IMG/VR virus record: IMGVR_UViG_3300045988_173304
Origin: a virus
Length of the DNA: 45,105 nucleotides
Reading direction: 5' to 3' (one strand)
Below the pieces are notes generated by a model. The model saw only the letters and a list, made by a program, of their open reading frames with translations, was not told the origin of the DNA and did no database searches. The position numbers and the translations under genes were made by a program. This document shows, one piece after another, positions 25,347 through 32,589 of this stretch (positions within the stretch are counted from its first letter, which is position 1; every line of letters starts with the position of its first letter).

Positions 25347-25401
25347 ATTCCCCTGATGAGTCTTGGAAGATTAAGACGAAACGCCGTGAGGCGTCGGGAA
25401 T
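25347..25401 (+). ncRNA. Type I hammerhead self-cleaving ribozyme
   Basis: - Stem I: AUUCCC (25347-52) pairs with GGGAAU (25396-401).
- Core: CUGAUGA (25353-59).
- Stem II: GUCUU/AAGAC (25360-64 / 25373-77) with an 8-nt loop.
- Core: GAAA (25378-81).
- Stem III: CGCC/GGCG (25382-85 / 25390-93) with a GUGA tetraloop.
- Cleavage site: U25394, C25395 (C17).

All invariant core positions are present. Confidence 0.85.
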
Positions 25402-25425
25402 AACTCCCAGAAAGAGGTATTTAAG

Positions 25426-26064
25426 ATGGAAAAAATTATTGAAAAAATCAAAAAGCTTCTCAACATGACTCAGGAAAATGGTGCTTCTGAAAATGAAGCA
25501 ATGGTAGCTGCTCTCAGAGCACAAAAGCTCATGGCTGAATACAACATCAACGTGGCTGATATCGAAACCCCTGATGACAGCATGACGATCATTGAAGAAT
25601 CATTTGTATGTGGTAAGGGTGACAAATGGAAGGTTAGACTTGCTGCAATAATTGCAAAGAACTTCAGATGCAGAGCTTATTTCATCGACAAATCCAAAGT
25701 TGTATTTTATGGATATGAGAGCGATGCGAAGATTGCTCTGGACGTTTTCAAATTCCTCTTCACAACTGGAAATAAGCTTGCAGACAGATGCTATTATGAA
25801 TATTATAAGAAAGGTGAAAACACTCGTGGAGTAAAAAACACATTTCTCTTGGGATTTTGTCAAGGTATCAATGATGTACTTGGCAAGCAGTGTGTTGCAC
25901 TCATGATTGTTACGCCTGAAGAAGTCAAAAAATCTTTTGATGAAAAAAGTGCGAATTGGAAAACAGTTCAGAGCACATTGAAAACCAATAACGACATAAG
26001 AGCATTTGAAAAAGGAAGAAACGAGGGTAAAACCTTGGCAAACAGTCGTTCTATCGAAGGTTAA
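25426..26064 (+). CDS. DUF2786-like protein
   Basis: N-terminal IEKIKKLLNMTQENGASENEAMVAALRAQKLMAEYNI is the recalled DUF2786 signature. Confidence 0.6.
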   Translation: MEKIIEKIKKLLNMTQENGASENEAMVAALRAQKLMAEYNINVADIETPDDSMTIIEESFVCGKGDKWKVRLAAIIAKNFRCRAYFIDKSKVVFYGYESDAKIALDVFKFLFTTGNKLADRCYYEYYKKGENTRGVKNTFLLGFCQGINDVLGKQCVALMIVTPEEVKKSFDEKSANWKTVQSTLKTNNDIRAFEKGRNEGKTLANSRSIEG

Positions 26065-26277
26065 CTCAGATTCGTCTGGATGCGCCTTATTTTCTGCAAA
26101 TAATATTCACGTAATACACATCAGAAATAGCTGGATGCGATTCTGGTCGCATTCTGAGCACAAATGGTATATACTATCTTCGTACATACTCATATAGCTC
26201 AAATGTTGATACTATCGCATTCAGCTTCTTCTGAAAGTATCTTATTCGCCTGATGTAATATACAAATAATATACTTG

Positions 26278-26306
26278 TGTACATTATGCCACTATTGTTG
26301 TATAAT
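26278..26306 (+). promoter_or_regulatory. Promoter/operator cassette (one degenerate half-site)
   Basis: TGTACA (26278-83)-N17-TATAAT (26301-06). TGCCAC-TATT-GTTGTA lies in the spacer. Confidence 0.6.
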
Positions 26307-26338
26307 AAGATTATACCAATAGAGGAGGTCATTGAAAA

Positions 26339-26494
26339 ATGATAAAAGATTACAAAACATGGAAGCAAGACAAAATCAGAAGCAAAGTATATGAAGCATT
26401 GGCGCAAATATCATTTGAGCATGATGCTAGCAAAGAAGATATGGACAAAGCACTCAAATGGTTCAACGATAAATTTTACGAATATGAAGAATAA
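26339..26494 (+). CDS. Hypothetical small protein (51 aa, below the ORF-track cutoff)
   Basis: Hand translation gives MIKDYKTWKQDKIRSKVYEALAQISFEHDASKEDMDKALKWFNDKFYEYEE. SD AGAGGAGGTCATTGAAAA. A terminator follows. Confidence 0.6.
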   Translation: MIKDYKTWKQDKIRSKVYEALAQISFEHDASKEDMDKALKWFNDKFYEYEE

Positions 26495-26525
26495 AAATAA
26501 AGCCACTCGAATGAGTGGCTTTTAT
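26495..26525. terminator. Bidirectional terminator (also serves the integrase 3' end)
   Basis: Stem AGCCACTC / GAGTGGCT (26501-08 / 26513-20), flanked by A-run and T-run. Confidence 0.75.
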
Positions 26526-26588
26526 AATGCGCCCAGATGCATCAGAATCGTTCAGGATGCGTTTTTATTTGTTTGGCGCTAAATTACC

Positions 26589-27605
26589 TTATATTTTATT
26601 GATAGCGCTCAGAAGCTGTTCAGGCGTCTTGTGCGTATACACTCTTTCTGTGACATCATTGCTAGTGTGTCCAAGTATTCGTTTGATGATTGTTCTGTCA
26701 ACGCCAGCATTATCCAATAAGGTTGCAGTTGTATGTCGACAATCATGTGGAAGATGGCTCATTTTCAGCTTGGTCATGATTGGTGTAAATTGGCGTTGTA
26801 TGTAATTGTTGTAGGAAAATTTCTTACCTGTTGGGCTTTGCACCAAATATTCTTGATCGAGTTGCTTTTTGACTAATGGCAAAATTCGTCTGTGAATTGG
26901 AATCGTACGATTTTTGCTCGCTGCTGTCTTTATGCCTCCGACCATAATACAAGAATCTATGTCAATGTCATCACATCGTATCTCCAGAAGCTCTCCAACG
27001 CGCATTCCTGTGTATATCATAATCAATATTGTATCAACGTAAGGTGTATCCAGATTGTTCCAGAGCAGCTCTATTTCATCGTCTGAGAAAGGCGTACGTA
27101 TTATCTTTGTTGTCATTTCTCCAGCATCAACGAATTGCGAATAATCTTTCTCAACAATATCGTTCTCTAATCCAAATTGATATAGTTGTGAGAACAACGT
27201 TTTGATTTTGCTTCTTACTTGGAATGATAGATGCTCATTCTCAGTAATTACTCTTTGCATGTGCATTTTCTTGATTTGCCTGAATTTCATATCGTGAAGC
27301 CTTGAGCATTTATTGAAAGACGTTCGATAGCCTCTAATATTACTTTGCGAAATCTTCGGAAATTTCTCCTCAGACCATTTTTCGTATATCTCAGCGAATG
27401 TGATTTTGTTGGCATCTAAGTCGTATGGGTCATCATTGTATTTTGCCAATGCAATCAGTGCATCACTTCGTTCTTCGTAATATCCAATATTCTTGTACTT
27501 TTGCTTGCCATCATCTGTCCATCCAATTGTTATCCTGGCACACCAGGGTCTTCGGCGATTTCCTCCTAATTTAAATACTGATCCATATCCATTTGGATTT
27601 TTCAT
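26589..27605 (-). CDS. int: Tyrosine integrase with AP2-like arm-binding N-terminal domain
   Basis: C-terminal ..HDCRHTTATLLDNAGVD..ILGHTSNDVTERVYTH carries the R..HxxR..Y catalytic pattern. N-terminal NPNGYGSVFKLGGNRRRPWCARITIGW. ATG 27605 follows an AAAGGAGAA SD. Confidence 0.9.
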   Translation of the reverse strand: MKNPNGYGSVFKLGGNRRRPWCARITIGWTDDGKQKYKNIGYYEERSDALIALAKYNDDPYDLDANKITFAEIYEKWSEEKFPKISQSNIRGYRTSFNKCSRLHDMKFRQIKKMHMQRVITENEHLSFQVRSKIKTLFSQLYQFGLENDIVEKDYSQFVDAGEMTTKIIRTPFSDDEIELLWNNLDTPYVDTILIMIYTGMRVGELLEIRCDDIDIDSCIMVGGIKTAASKNRTIPIHRRILPLVKKQLDQEYLVQSPTGKKFSYNNYIQRQFTPIMTKLKMSHLPHDCRHTTATLLDNAGVDRTIIKRILGHTSNDVTERVYTHKTPEQLLSAINKI

Positions 27606-27673
27606 AGTGCATTCTCCTTTGTTGTCCAAGTCAAGATAATATAATAACTCTATATTACTATTATATCTACGCC

Positions 27674-27750
27674 ATAATTTTTCACCGTTAAAAAAACTTA
27701 ACGTATAAGCTTATATAAAATGAGCATTTTAAGTTGAATTGTTGAATTGG
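27674..27750 (-). repeat. 77-bp structured repeat, copy B (exact reverse complement of nt 1-77)
   Basis: Exact reverse-complement identity checked base by base. Lies 68 nt upstream of the integrase ATG. Confidence 0.95.
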
Positions 27751-28060
27751 AAGTCAAAAAACCATTGATATTGCGCACTTTTTTGCAAGTCAAGATCATT
27801 CAAATAATGTTGAATTGGTTGAATTTATCTTGAATTTTGATTTGTAATAAAATTGTCATAATCACCCCTCAAATTCTTCTAAATTTGTCTGCAAGTTTCT
27901 ATAATACTCTACGTAATATACAAAGTACATACGTTCTATTTTCGCTATTGATTAGAGACAACTATCTTACTATAATGAATTTACCGTCTCGGTAAGAAAA
28001 CTGAAGTATTTGTTAAAAATGAACTGTTATTCTAATATAACTTTGTGAGCTTTGCCATAT

Positions 28061-28088
28061 TTACAAATGCTGGAAAAAGCTGTATAAT
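28061..28088 (+). promoter_or_regulatory. Candidate sigma-70-type promoter for the cro/xis/replication operon
   Basis: TTACAA (28061-66)-N16-TATAAT (28083-88). Confidence 0.4.
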
Positions 28089-28157
28089 AAAGAATGTAAC
28101 AAGCGCAGTTCAGTACAGCGAATGTTATACTAAAATAATTTTAAGGAGGTGATGAAC

Positions 28158-28400
28158 ATGATGAATTCGACACTGTTGAAATCAAAAATGATTTTGTGTG
28201 GTGATGAGAAATTTTCTCAGAGTCTTTCAGATTTATTGGGAGTCAGTCGTCAAACTGCTACTAATAAATTGTGTGGCAAAAGTTCATTTAGTCAACATGA
28301 GATTGCTGTCATTGCAAAACGTTATTGTCTGACTAATGAGGAAATTCGGAAAATTTTCATTGAGGATGATAGTAACGATGACAGTGAAGGAAGCTGCTAA
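28158..28400 (+). CDS. Cro-like HTH regulator
   Basis: ..LSDLLGVSRQTATNKLCGKSSFSQHEIAVIAKRY.. is an HTH. First gene divergent from int. ATG 28158 lies 8 nt after an AAGGAGG. Confidence 0.6.
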   Translation: MMNSTLLKSKMILCGDEKFSQSLSDLLGVSRQTATNKLCGKSSFSQHEIAVIAKRYCLTNEEIRKIFIEDDSNDDSEGSC

Positions 28401-28545
28401 GCTACTTGGAAAAAGCGAACAATTCGTAAGAATTGGTTTACAACGAGGAATTTTACCATTTGGGTATGCTGTGAAAATGTCTAGTAAATGGACGTATCAC
28501 ATTAGTGAACATAAGATATATGAATATATCGGAAAGGTAAGTTAA
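28378..28545 (+). CDS. Excisionase-like HTH (MerR/Xis-type) protein
   Basis: MTVKEAAKLLGKSEQFVRIGLQRGILPFGYA.. is typical of excisionase-family DNA-binding domains. Confidence 0.6.
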   Translation: MTVKEAAKLLGKSEQFVRIGLQRGILPFGYAVKMSSKWTYHISEHKIYEYIGKVS

Positions 28546-28547
28546 CT

Positions 28548-29456
28548 ATGAGAAAGTTTATTGTTGGCGAACGTTATAAGGTAGGCGGAGATTCTTCCGA
28601 AACCGGAAACATCATCGAAATCACAGAGGTTGATCGCACTTGGTGCTATTACAAGAACATTGAAAGTGAATGCACCTTCGACCGATTCATGCCAGGTTCT
28701 CAATTTGCTAAAACATTGATTCCGGTTGCAGAAAGAAAATTCGATGAAGAGAAGATCGTCATTACTCGCAAGGGTAATAAGACAATCGCAAACTATTATC
28801 TCAACGGTGAGGCAATACAAGCAGGACTTGCAAGATGCTGCCCTGAAGATGAATTTGATTTTGAAACAGGCGCAAAGCTGGCAGTTTTCCGTATGTTTGG
28901 AGCGATGAAGAATTCTGCTTTTGATTGGAATGCTTTTGCCGCTGGTAAAATTAAGAAAGCGGTAACTCGCGAAAATATCGATGCGTTCCTTAAGGAGTGT
29001 GATGCTCATGATTTGGCATGGGGACACCATAAGGCAAGCGAATGGAATCCGTTTAAAACAAAAGAAGAAATTTTCTCTTTGTCCAAGTCCAAAGTCTTTG
29101 GTGAAATTTTTAATGCACTGTTAGACACGCTTTTTGATTTACCAGAAACTATTTACATTTCGGTTGTTGACGGTGTTATGAAATTTTCTGACAAAGAATC
29201 AACATTTGACTGGGAAAAGTTTAAGAATCATGAAATCGCGGTTAAGGTGACACCTGAAAATGTCATGGAATTTCTGCAAGAAGCAGAGAAGAACGGCTGT
29301 CATTGGAGAACCGGAGAATTGCCAACTGAGATAAATCCGTATGAAATACTTATCAATACTGAACCTCTTTGTCTGCATGGATTTCCTTTTGACAGAAGTG
29401 GAAATTTTGGATACAGGGTTATTGAACCAGAAGATCTGGAGATTGTCGAATGGTGA
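28548..29456 (+). CDS. Hypothetical protein with an internal duplication
   Basis: FDWNAFAAGKIKKAVTRENIDAFLKECDAHDLAWG..EWNPF (nt 28920-29054) parallels FDWEKFKNHEIAVKVTPENVMEFLQEAEKNGCHWR..EINPY (nt 29205-29342). Confidence 0.6.
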   Translation: MRKFIVGERYKVGGDSSETGNIIEITEVDRTWCYYKNIESECTFDRFMPGSQFAKTLIPVAERKFDEEKIVITRKGNKTIANYYLNGEAIQAGLARCCPEDEFDFETGAKLAVFRMFGAMKNSAFDWNAFAAGKIKKAVTRENIDAFLKECDAHDLAWGHHKASEWNPFKTKEEIFSLSKSKVFGEIFNALLDTLFDLPETIYISVVDGVMKFSDKESTFDWEKFKNHEIAVKVTPENVMEFLQEAEKNGCHWRTGELPTEINPYEILINTEPLCLHGFPFDRSGNFGYRVIEPEDLEIVEW

Positions 29457-30721
29457 CACTGTTTCCACATCAAAAAACAGCACTTGAAATGACTTCATCT
29501 CAAAATCGCGTTGCTTACTGGCTTGATATGGGTCTCGGCAAGACCTTTGTTGGTAGTGAGAAAATGCGAGAGATTGGAGCCAAAGTCAATTTGGTTATTT
29601 GTCAAAAGTCAAAAGTTCAAGATTGGTGTGACCACTTCGAAGAGAATTATCAATGCGAAGTTGTTGATTTGGCGACATTGAAAATTGATAAATTCGAGAG
29701 CTTCGTTCATTTATGTGAAGTGATTCCACATGCAATTGTTGGCATTATCAATTATGACTTGATTTTCAGACGACCTGAACTTTCAAAGCTGAGAGATTTC
29801 ACTTTGATTTTGGATGAGTCGTCATTAGTGCAAAATGAGACGTCCAAGCGTTCCAAGTTTATTCTCAAGAAATTGAAACCTGAAAATGTGATACTTCTAT
29901 CAGGTACACCAACAGGTGGTAAATATGAGAAGCTATGGAGTCAATGTCAACTTTTAGGTTGGGACATTTCTAAAACAGCATTTTGGAATACATATGTGAA
30001 ATATCATTTTGAAGATTTCGACGGTTTTCCAGTCAAAATTATCGATGGATATAAAAACGTCGATCGTTTGAAACGTAAACTTCGTGAACATGGTGCGGTA
30101 TTCATGAAATCTGAAGAAGTATTTGATTTGCCTCAACAAATCGATACCAATCTCCATTGTACTGTATCTAAAGAATACCGCAAATTCCACAAAGATGCAA
30201 TAGTAAAATTCAATGACCAAGAACTTGTAGGTGACACGTCTCTTACGAAAATGCTTTATGAAAGAATGCTTTGTGGAGCGTTAAATAAGGATAAGCTTAA
30301 TTTGTTCAAGGATTTACTGAATTCAACCAATGACAGGCTCATTGTTTTCTACAATTTTCAAAATGAGTTGATGAAGTTATCTGAAATTGTTATTGATTCA
30401 GATCGTCCAGTTAGTATTATAAATGGTGATACAAAGGATTTGTCAGCTTATGAGAATTTTGAAAATTCTGTTACTTTGATTCAGTATCAAGCTGGAGCGA
30501 TGGGGTTGAACTTACAAAAATCCAATAAGATTTTGTACTTTACCCCACCACTTTCAAGCGAATTATTTGAACAGAGTAAAAAACGTACACATCGTATTGG
30601 ACAAAAAAGAACGTGTTTCTACTATTATTTGATTTGCCGTAATTCTGTTGAAGAAAAAATATATGGAACTTTGAAAATGAGACGTGACTTTACGGAACGC
30701 TTGTTCACAAATGATTTATAA
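29450..30721 (+). CDS. SNF2-family helicase/ATPase
   Basis: LDMGLGKT (Walker A), LILDESS (DExx), and C-terminal helicase motifs (..QAGAMGLNLQ.., ..QSKKRTHRIGQ). Confidence 0.85.
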   Translation: MVTLFPHQKTALEMTSSQNRVAYWLDMGLGKTFVGSEKMREIGAKVNLVICQKSKVQDWCDHFEENYQCEVVDLATLKIDKFESFVHLCEVIPHAIVGIINYDLIFRRPELSKLRDFTLILDESSLVQNETSKRSKFILKKLKPENVILLSGTPTGGKYEKLWSQCQLLGWDISKTAFWNTYVKYHFEDFDGFPVKIIDGYKNVDRLKRKLREHGAVFMKSEEVFDLPQQIDTNLHCTVSKEYRKFHKDAIVKFNDQELVGDTSLTKMLYERMLCGALNKDKLNLFKDLLNSTNDRLIVFYNFQNELMKLSEIVIDSDRPVSIINGDTKDLSAYENFENSVTLIQYQAGAMGLNLQKSNKILYFTPPLSSELFEQSKKRTHRIGQKRTCFYYYLICRNSVEEKIYGTLKMRRDFTERLFTNDL

Positions 30722-30748
30722 ATTGTTTTCAGAAAACAGATTATCTCA

Positions 30749-30768
30749 TACAACTAATGTTGTATAAT
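30749..30768 (+). promoter_or_regulatory. Promoter/operator cassette (perfect palindrome, weak -35)
   Basis: TACAAC-TAAT-GTTGTA (30749-64) overlaps TATAAT (30763-68). Confidence 0.55.
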
Positions 30769-30798
30769 GAATATATCAAATAAAGGAGGTAATCAAAA

Positions 30799-30906
30799 AT
30801 GATTTACGGAATTGCATTCGGGTTTCTTGCGATCGTTGAATTGGGATTTTGGTTCCATAACAACGTAAATGATGACAGCATTTTTGCTGTTGATTTTGAA
30901 GATTGA
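30799..30906 (+). CDS. Small membrane peptide (35 aa, below the ORF-track cutoff)
   Basis: MIYGIAFGFLAIVELGFWFHNNVNDDSIFAVDFED. SD AAAGGAGGTAATCAAAA. Confidence 0.55.
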   Translation: MIYGIAFGFLAIVELGFWFHNNVNDDSIFAVDFED

Positions 30907-30915
30907 GGTGATAAC

Positions 30916-31245
30916 TTGGCTCAAGAAAAAACATTTGAAAACAAGGTGAAAAAGTTCCTTGAAAGTGAAGGATGCTGGTTCATTAAATATTGGGCAGGCA
31001 GTCAGTTCACTAAGTCTGGTATTCCTGACATTTTGGCTTGCATCAATGGTTACTTTGTTGGCATTGAAGTAAAAGCACAAAACGGAAAACCTTCTGAACT
31101 TCAGCTTCACAATATTGATAAAATTCGTGAAGCTCGTGGTTTTTCATTAGTACTCTATCCTTCAGCGTTTCCAAAATTTAAGGAGTTCGTCAAAGACCTT
31201 AAACAAGAACGGTTTGACCGTGAAATGGAGGTAATTTGGAAATGA
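30916..31245 (+). CDS. VRR-NUC domain nuclease
   Basis: ..SGIPDILACINGYFVGIEVKAQNGKPSELQLHNIDKIREARG.. shows the PD..(D/E)xK and Q pattern of VRR-NUC. TTG start follows a GAGGTGATAAC SD. Confidence 0.7.
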   Translation: MAQEKTFENKVKKFLESEGCWFIKYWAGSQFTKSGIPDILACINGYFVGIEVKAQNGKPSELQLHNIDKIREARGFSLVLYPSAFPKFKEFVKDLKQERFDREMEVIWK

Positions 31246-31508
31246 ATGCAAATGAATTTTTGGACAAGCTGAGAGACGTGTGCAACAACGAATGTGACTG
31301 CGAACACTGTATATTTTTTACAGATGACAGTGAAAAAAGCATGTGCAGAATCTCAAACGTACTTCCAGATGGTATTGGTGTTATAGATATTACGCCAGTT
31401 GAAAATAGTTCACATTTGAGAAGAGTACCACCTAAAAGCAATTCAGACGCAAAAATCAATATTAAGAATATGTACGTGAGTATTTATTCTGACTTGAAAG
31501 GAGAATGA
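31242..31508 (+). CDS. Hypothetical Cys-rich protein
   Basis: ATGA-coupled to the upstream gene. CNNECDCEHC motif. Confidence 0.5.
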   Translation: MNANEFLDKLRDVCNNECDCEHCIFFTDDSEKSMCRISNVLPDGIGVIDITPVENSSHLRRVPPKSNSDAKINIKNMYVSIYSDLKGE

Positions 31509-31509
31509 C

Positions 31510-32214
31510 ATGGCAAACATCTATGATGATGTTGCAACGTTACAAGAACAGGTTGCAGCATTACAAACGACAGTGACGTTGCACAATGCACGTCTCGTGA
31601 AAGTCGAAGCTCTCGATGGCCAAACACTCGTTGCTGGTACCGATCTGAACAATTTGGATTGTGGTCGGTATATCATTCCAACAGTCACGGTTGCACAGAG
31701 TCTGCTCAATGCACCTACAGCTGCTACAAATTATACTGGTATGTTGGAAGTGTATTGTGGCGGTTCTGGAGGACAGAAAATTCAGAAATACACGATTTGT
31801 CGTAAAGATGAAAAGTTGTATTTTGAACGCTGTTACTATTCAAATTCTTGGGGAACATGGAAGGTATTTGATTCAACTGATACCGGTTGGACAAATATTT
31901 CACTTGCAAGTGGCGTTGTGTCATATGCAGATTCTCAAGTTCCACAATGTCGTAAAGTTGGCAGTACAGTATTTGTTCGAGGTGCAGTCAAGAACGTATT
32001 TGGAACAGGGGTTCTTGCAACTCTTCCTTCTGGTTATCGGCCTACAGCAACGATTAGTTTTATTCAAAACACGTCGCTTCGTGAAGGAGGTTTTCCAATG
32101 TTTGCAAGATTCACAATCAATGCTGCAGGAGAAATCAAACTGGAAGCTATTTCAGACGGTGCTTCATTTGATGAATCTAAATGGTTTCCGATTCACATGT
32201 GCTTTGAAATTTAA
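31510..32214 (+). CDS. Tail-fibre-tip-like protein (coiled coil, pyocin-knob-like domain, C-terminal beta domain)
   Basis: GTDLNNLDCGRYII..SLLNAPTAATNYTGMLEVY..QKIQKYT..YFERCYYSNSWGTWK fits the recalled pyocin-knob pattern. The C-terminal roughly 100 aa are paralogous to the next gene. Confidence 0.5.
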   Translation: MANIYDDVATLQEQVAALQTTVTLHNARLVKVEALDGQTLVAGTDLNNLDCGRYIIPTVTVAQSLLNAPTAATNYTGMLEVYCGGSGGQKIQKYTICRKDEKLYFERCYYSNSWGTWKVFDSTDTGWTNISLASGVVSYADSQVPQCRKVGSTVFVRGAVKNVFGTGVLATLPSGYRPTATISFIQNTSLREGGFPMFARFTINAAGEIKLEAISDGASFDESKWFPIHMCFEI

Positions 32215-32227
32215 GGAGGTATAATGC

Positions 32228-32587
32228 ATGAAAGGTGTTTACGAAATGACCGCAGACAGCGGCTGGAAAACGTTACCACTGAAAAGTGGAATCACACCGA
32301 ATTCCGATTCTGTTATTCCGCAGTATCGAAAAATCGGCGAAGCAGTTTACATTCGTGGCGGTATCAAGGGAATTACAGGAGATAGTGTTGTGGTTGCAAC
32401 ATTGCCGGTTGGTCATAGACCGACGAGAGTATATCATTTTCTTCAGAACAAAAGTGCGAGTGGCAATGTGCCTATGATTGCAAGATGGAAAATTGAATCT
32501 GATGGCGACATCGTAATGGTGTTTTCCGAAGACCAATCTACTGCAAGCCATTGGTTTGCACTTGATACGAATTTCTTGGTGGATTGA
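32228..32587 (+). CDS. Paralogue of the C-terminal domain of the preceding fibre-like protein
   Basis: GWKTLPLKSGITPNSDSVIPQYRKIGEAVYIRGGIKG..ATLPVGHRPT aligns with GWTNISLASGVVSYADSQVPQCRKVGSTVFVRGAVKN..ATLPSGYRPT. Confidence 0.6.
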   Translation: MKGVYEMTADSGWKTLPLKSGITPNSDSVIPQYRKIGEAVYIRGGIKGITGDSVVVATLPVGHRPTRVYHFLQNKSASGNVPMIARWKIESDGDIVMVFSEDQSTASHWFALDTNFLVD

Positions 32588-32589
32588 TT

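Noticed and set aside
26065-26277. ~210-nt non-coding stretch with CTGGATGCG twice (26076-84, 26131-39) and a small ATGCGA/TCGCAT hairpin; considered as a possible ncRNA or second ribozyme
   Set aside because: I could not fit it to any ribozyme or riboswitch core I know, and the stems are short. It is left as unexplained spacer. A covariance-model scan would be needed.
26174-26407. 77-aa minus-strand ORF from the track
   Set aside because: It runs antisense through a promoter cassette and through the SD and start of the 26339-26494 gene. Its hydrophobic, junk-like sequence has no RBS.
27800-27859. 19-aa micro-ORF (MTILLQIKIQDKFNQFNII) on the minus strand behind a GAGGGGTGA SD, upstream of the 77-bp module and int
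   Set aside because: The SD is striking and a leader peptide is conceivable. However, the ORF is very short and reads through the TTGAATT repeat cluster, so the open frame may be incidental. I cannot support it without ribosome-profiling or conservation data.
7943-32587. Diversity-generating retroelement targeting the fibre-like genes
   Set aside because: No reverse-transcriptase ORF is present. I found no template/variable repeat pair with adenine-specific differences. The paralogous fibre domains differ at all base types.
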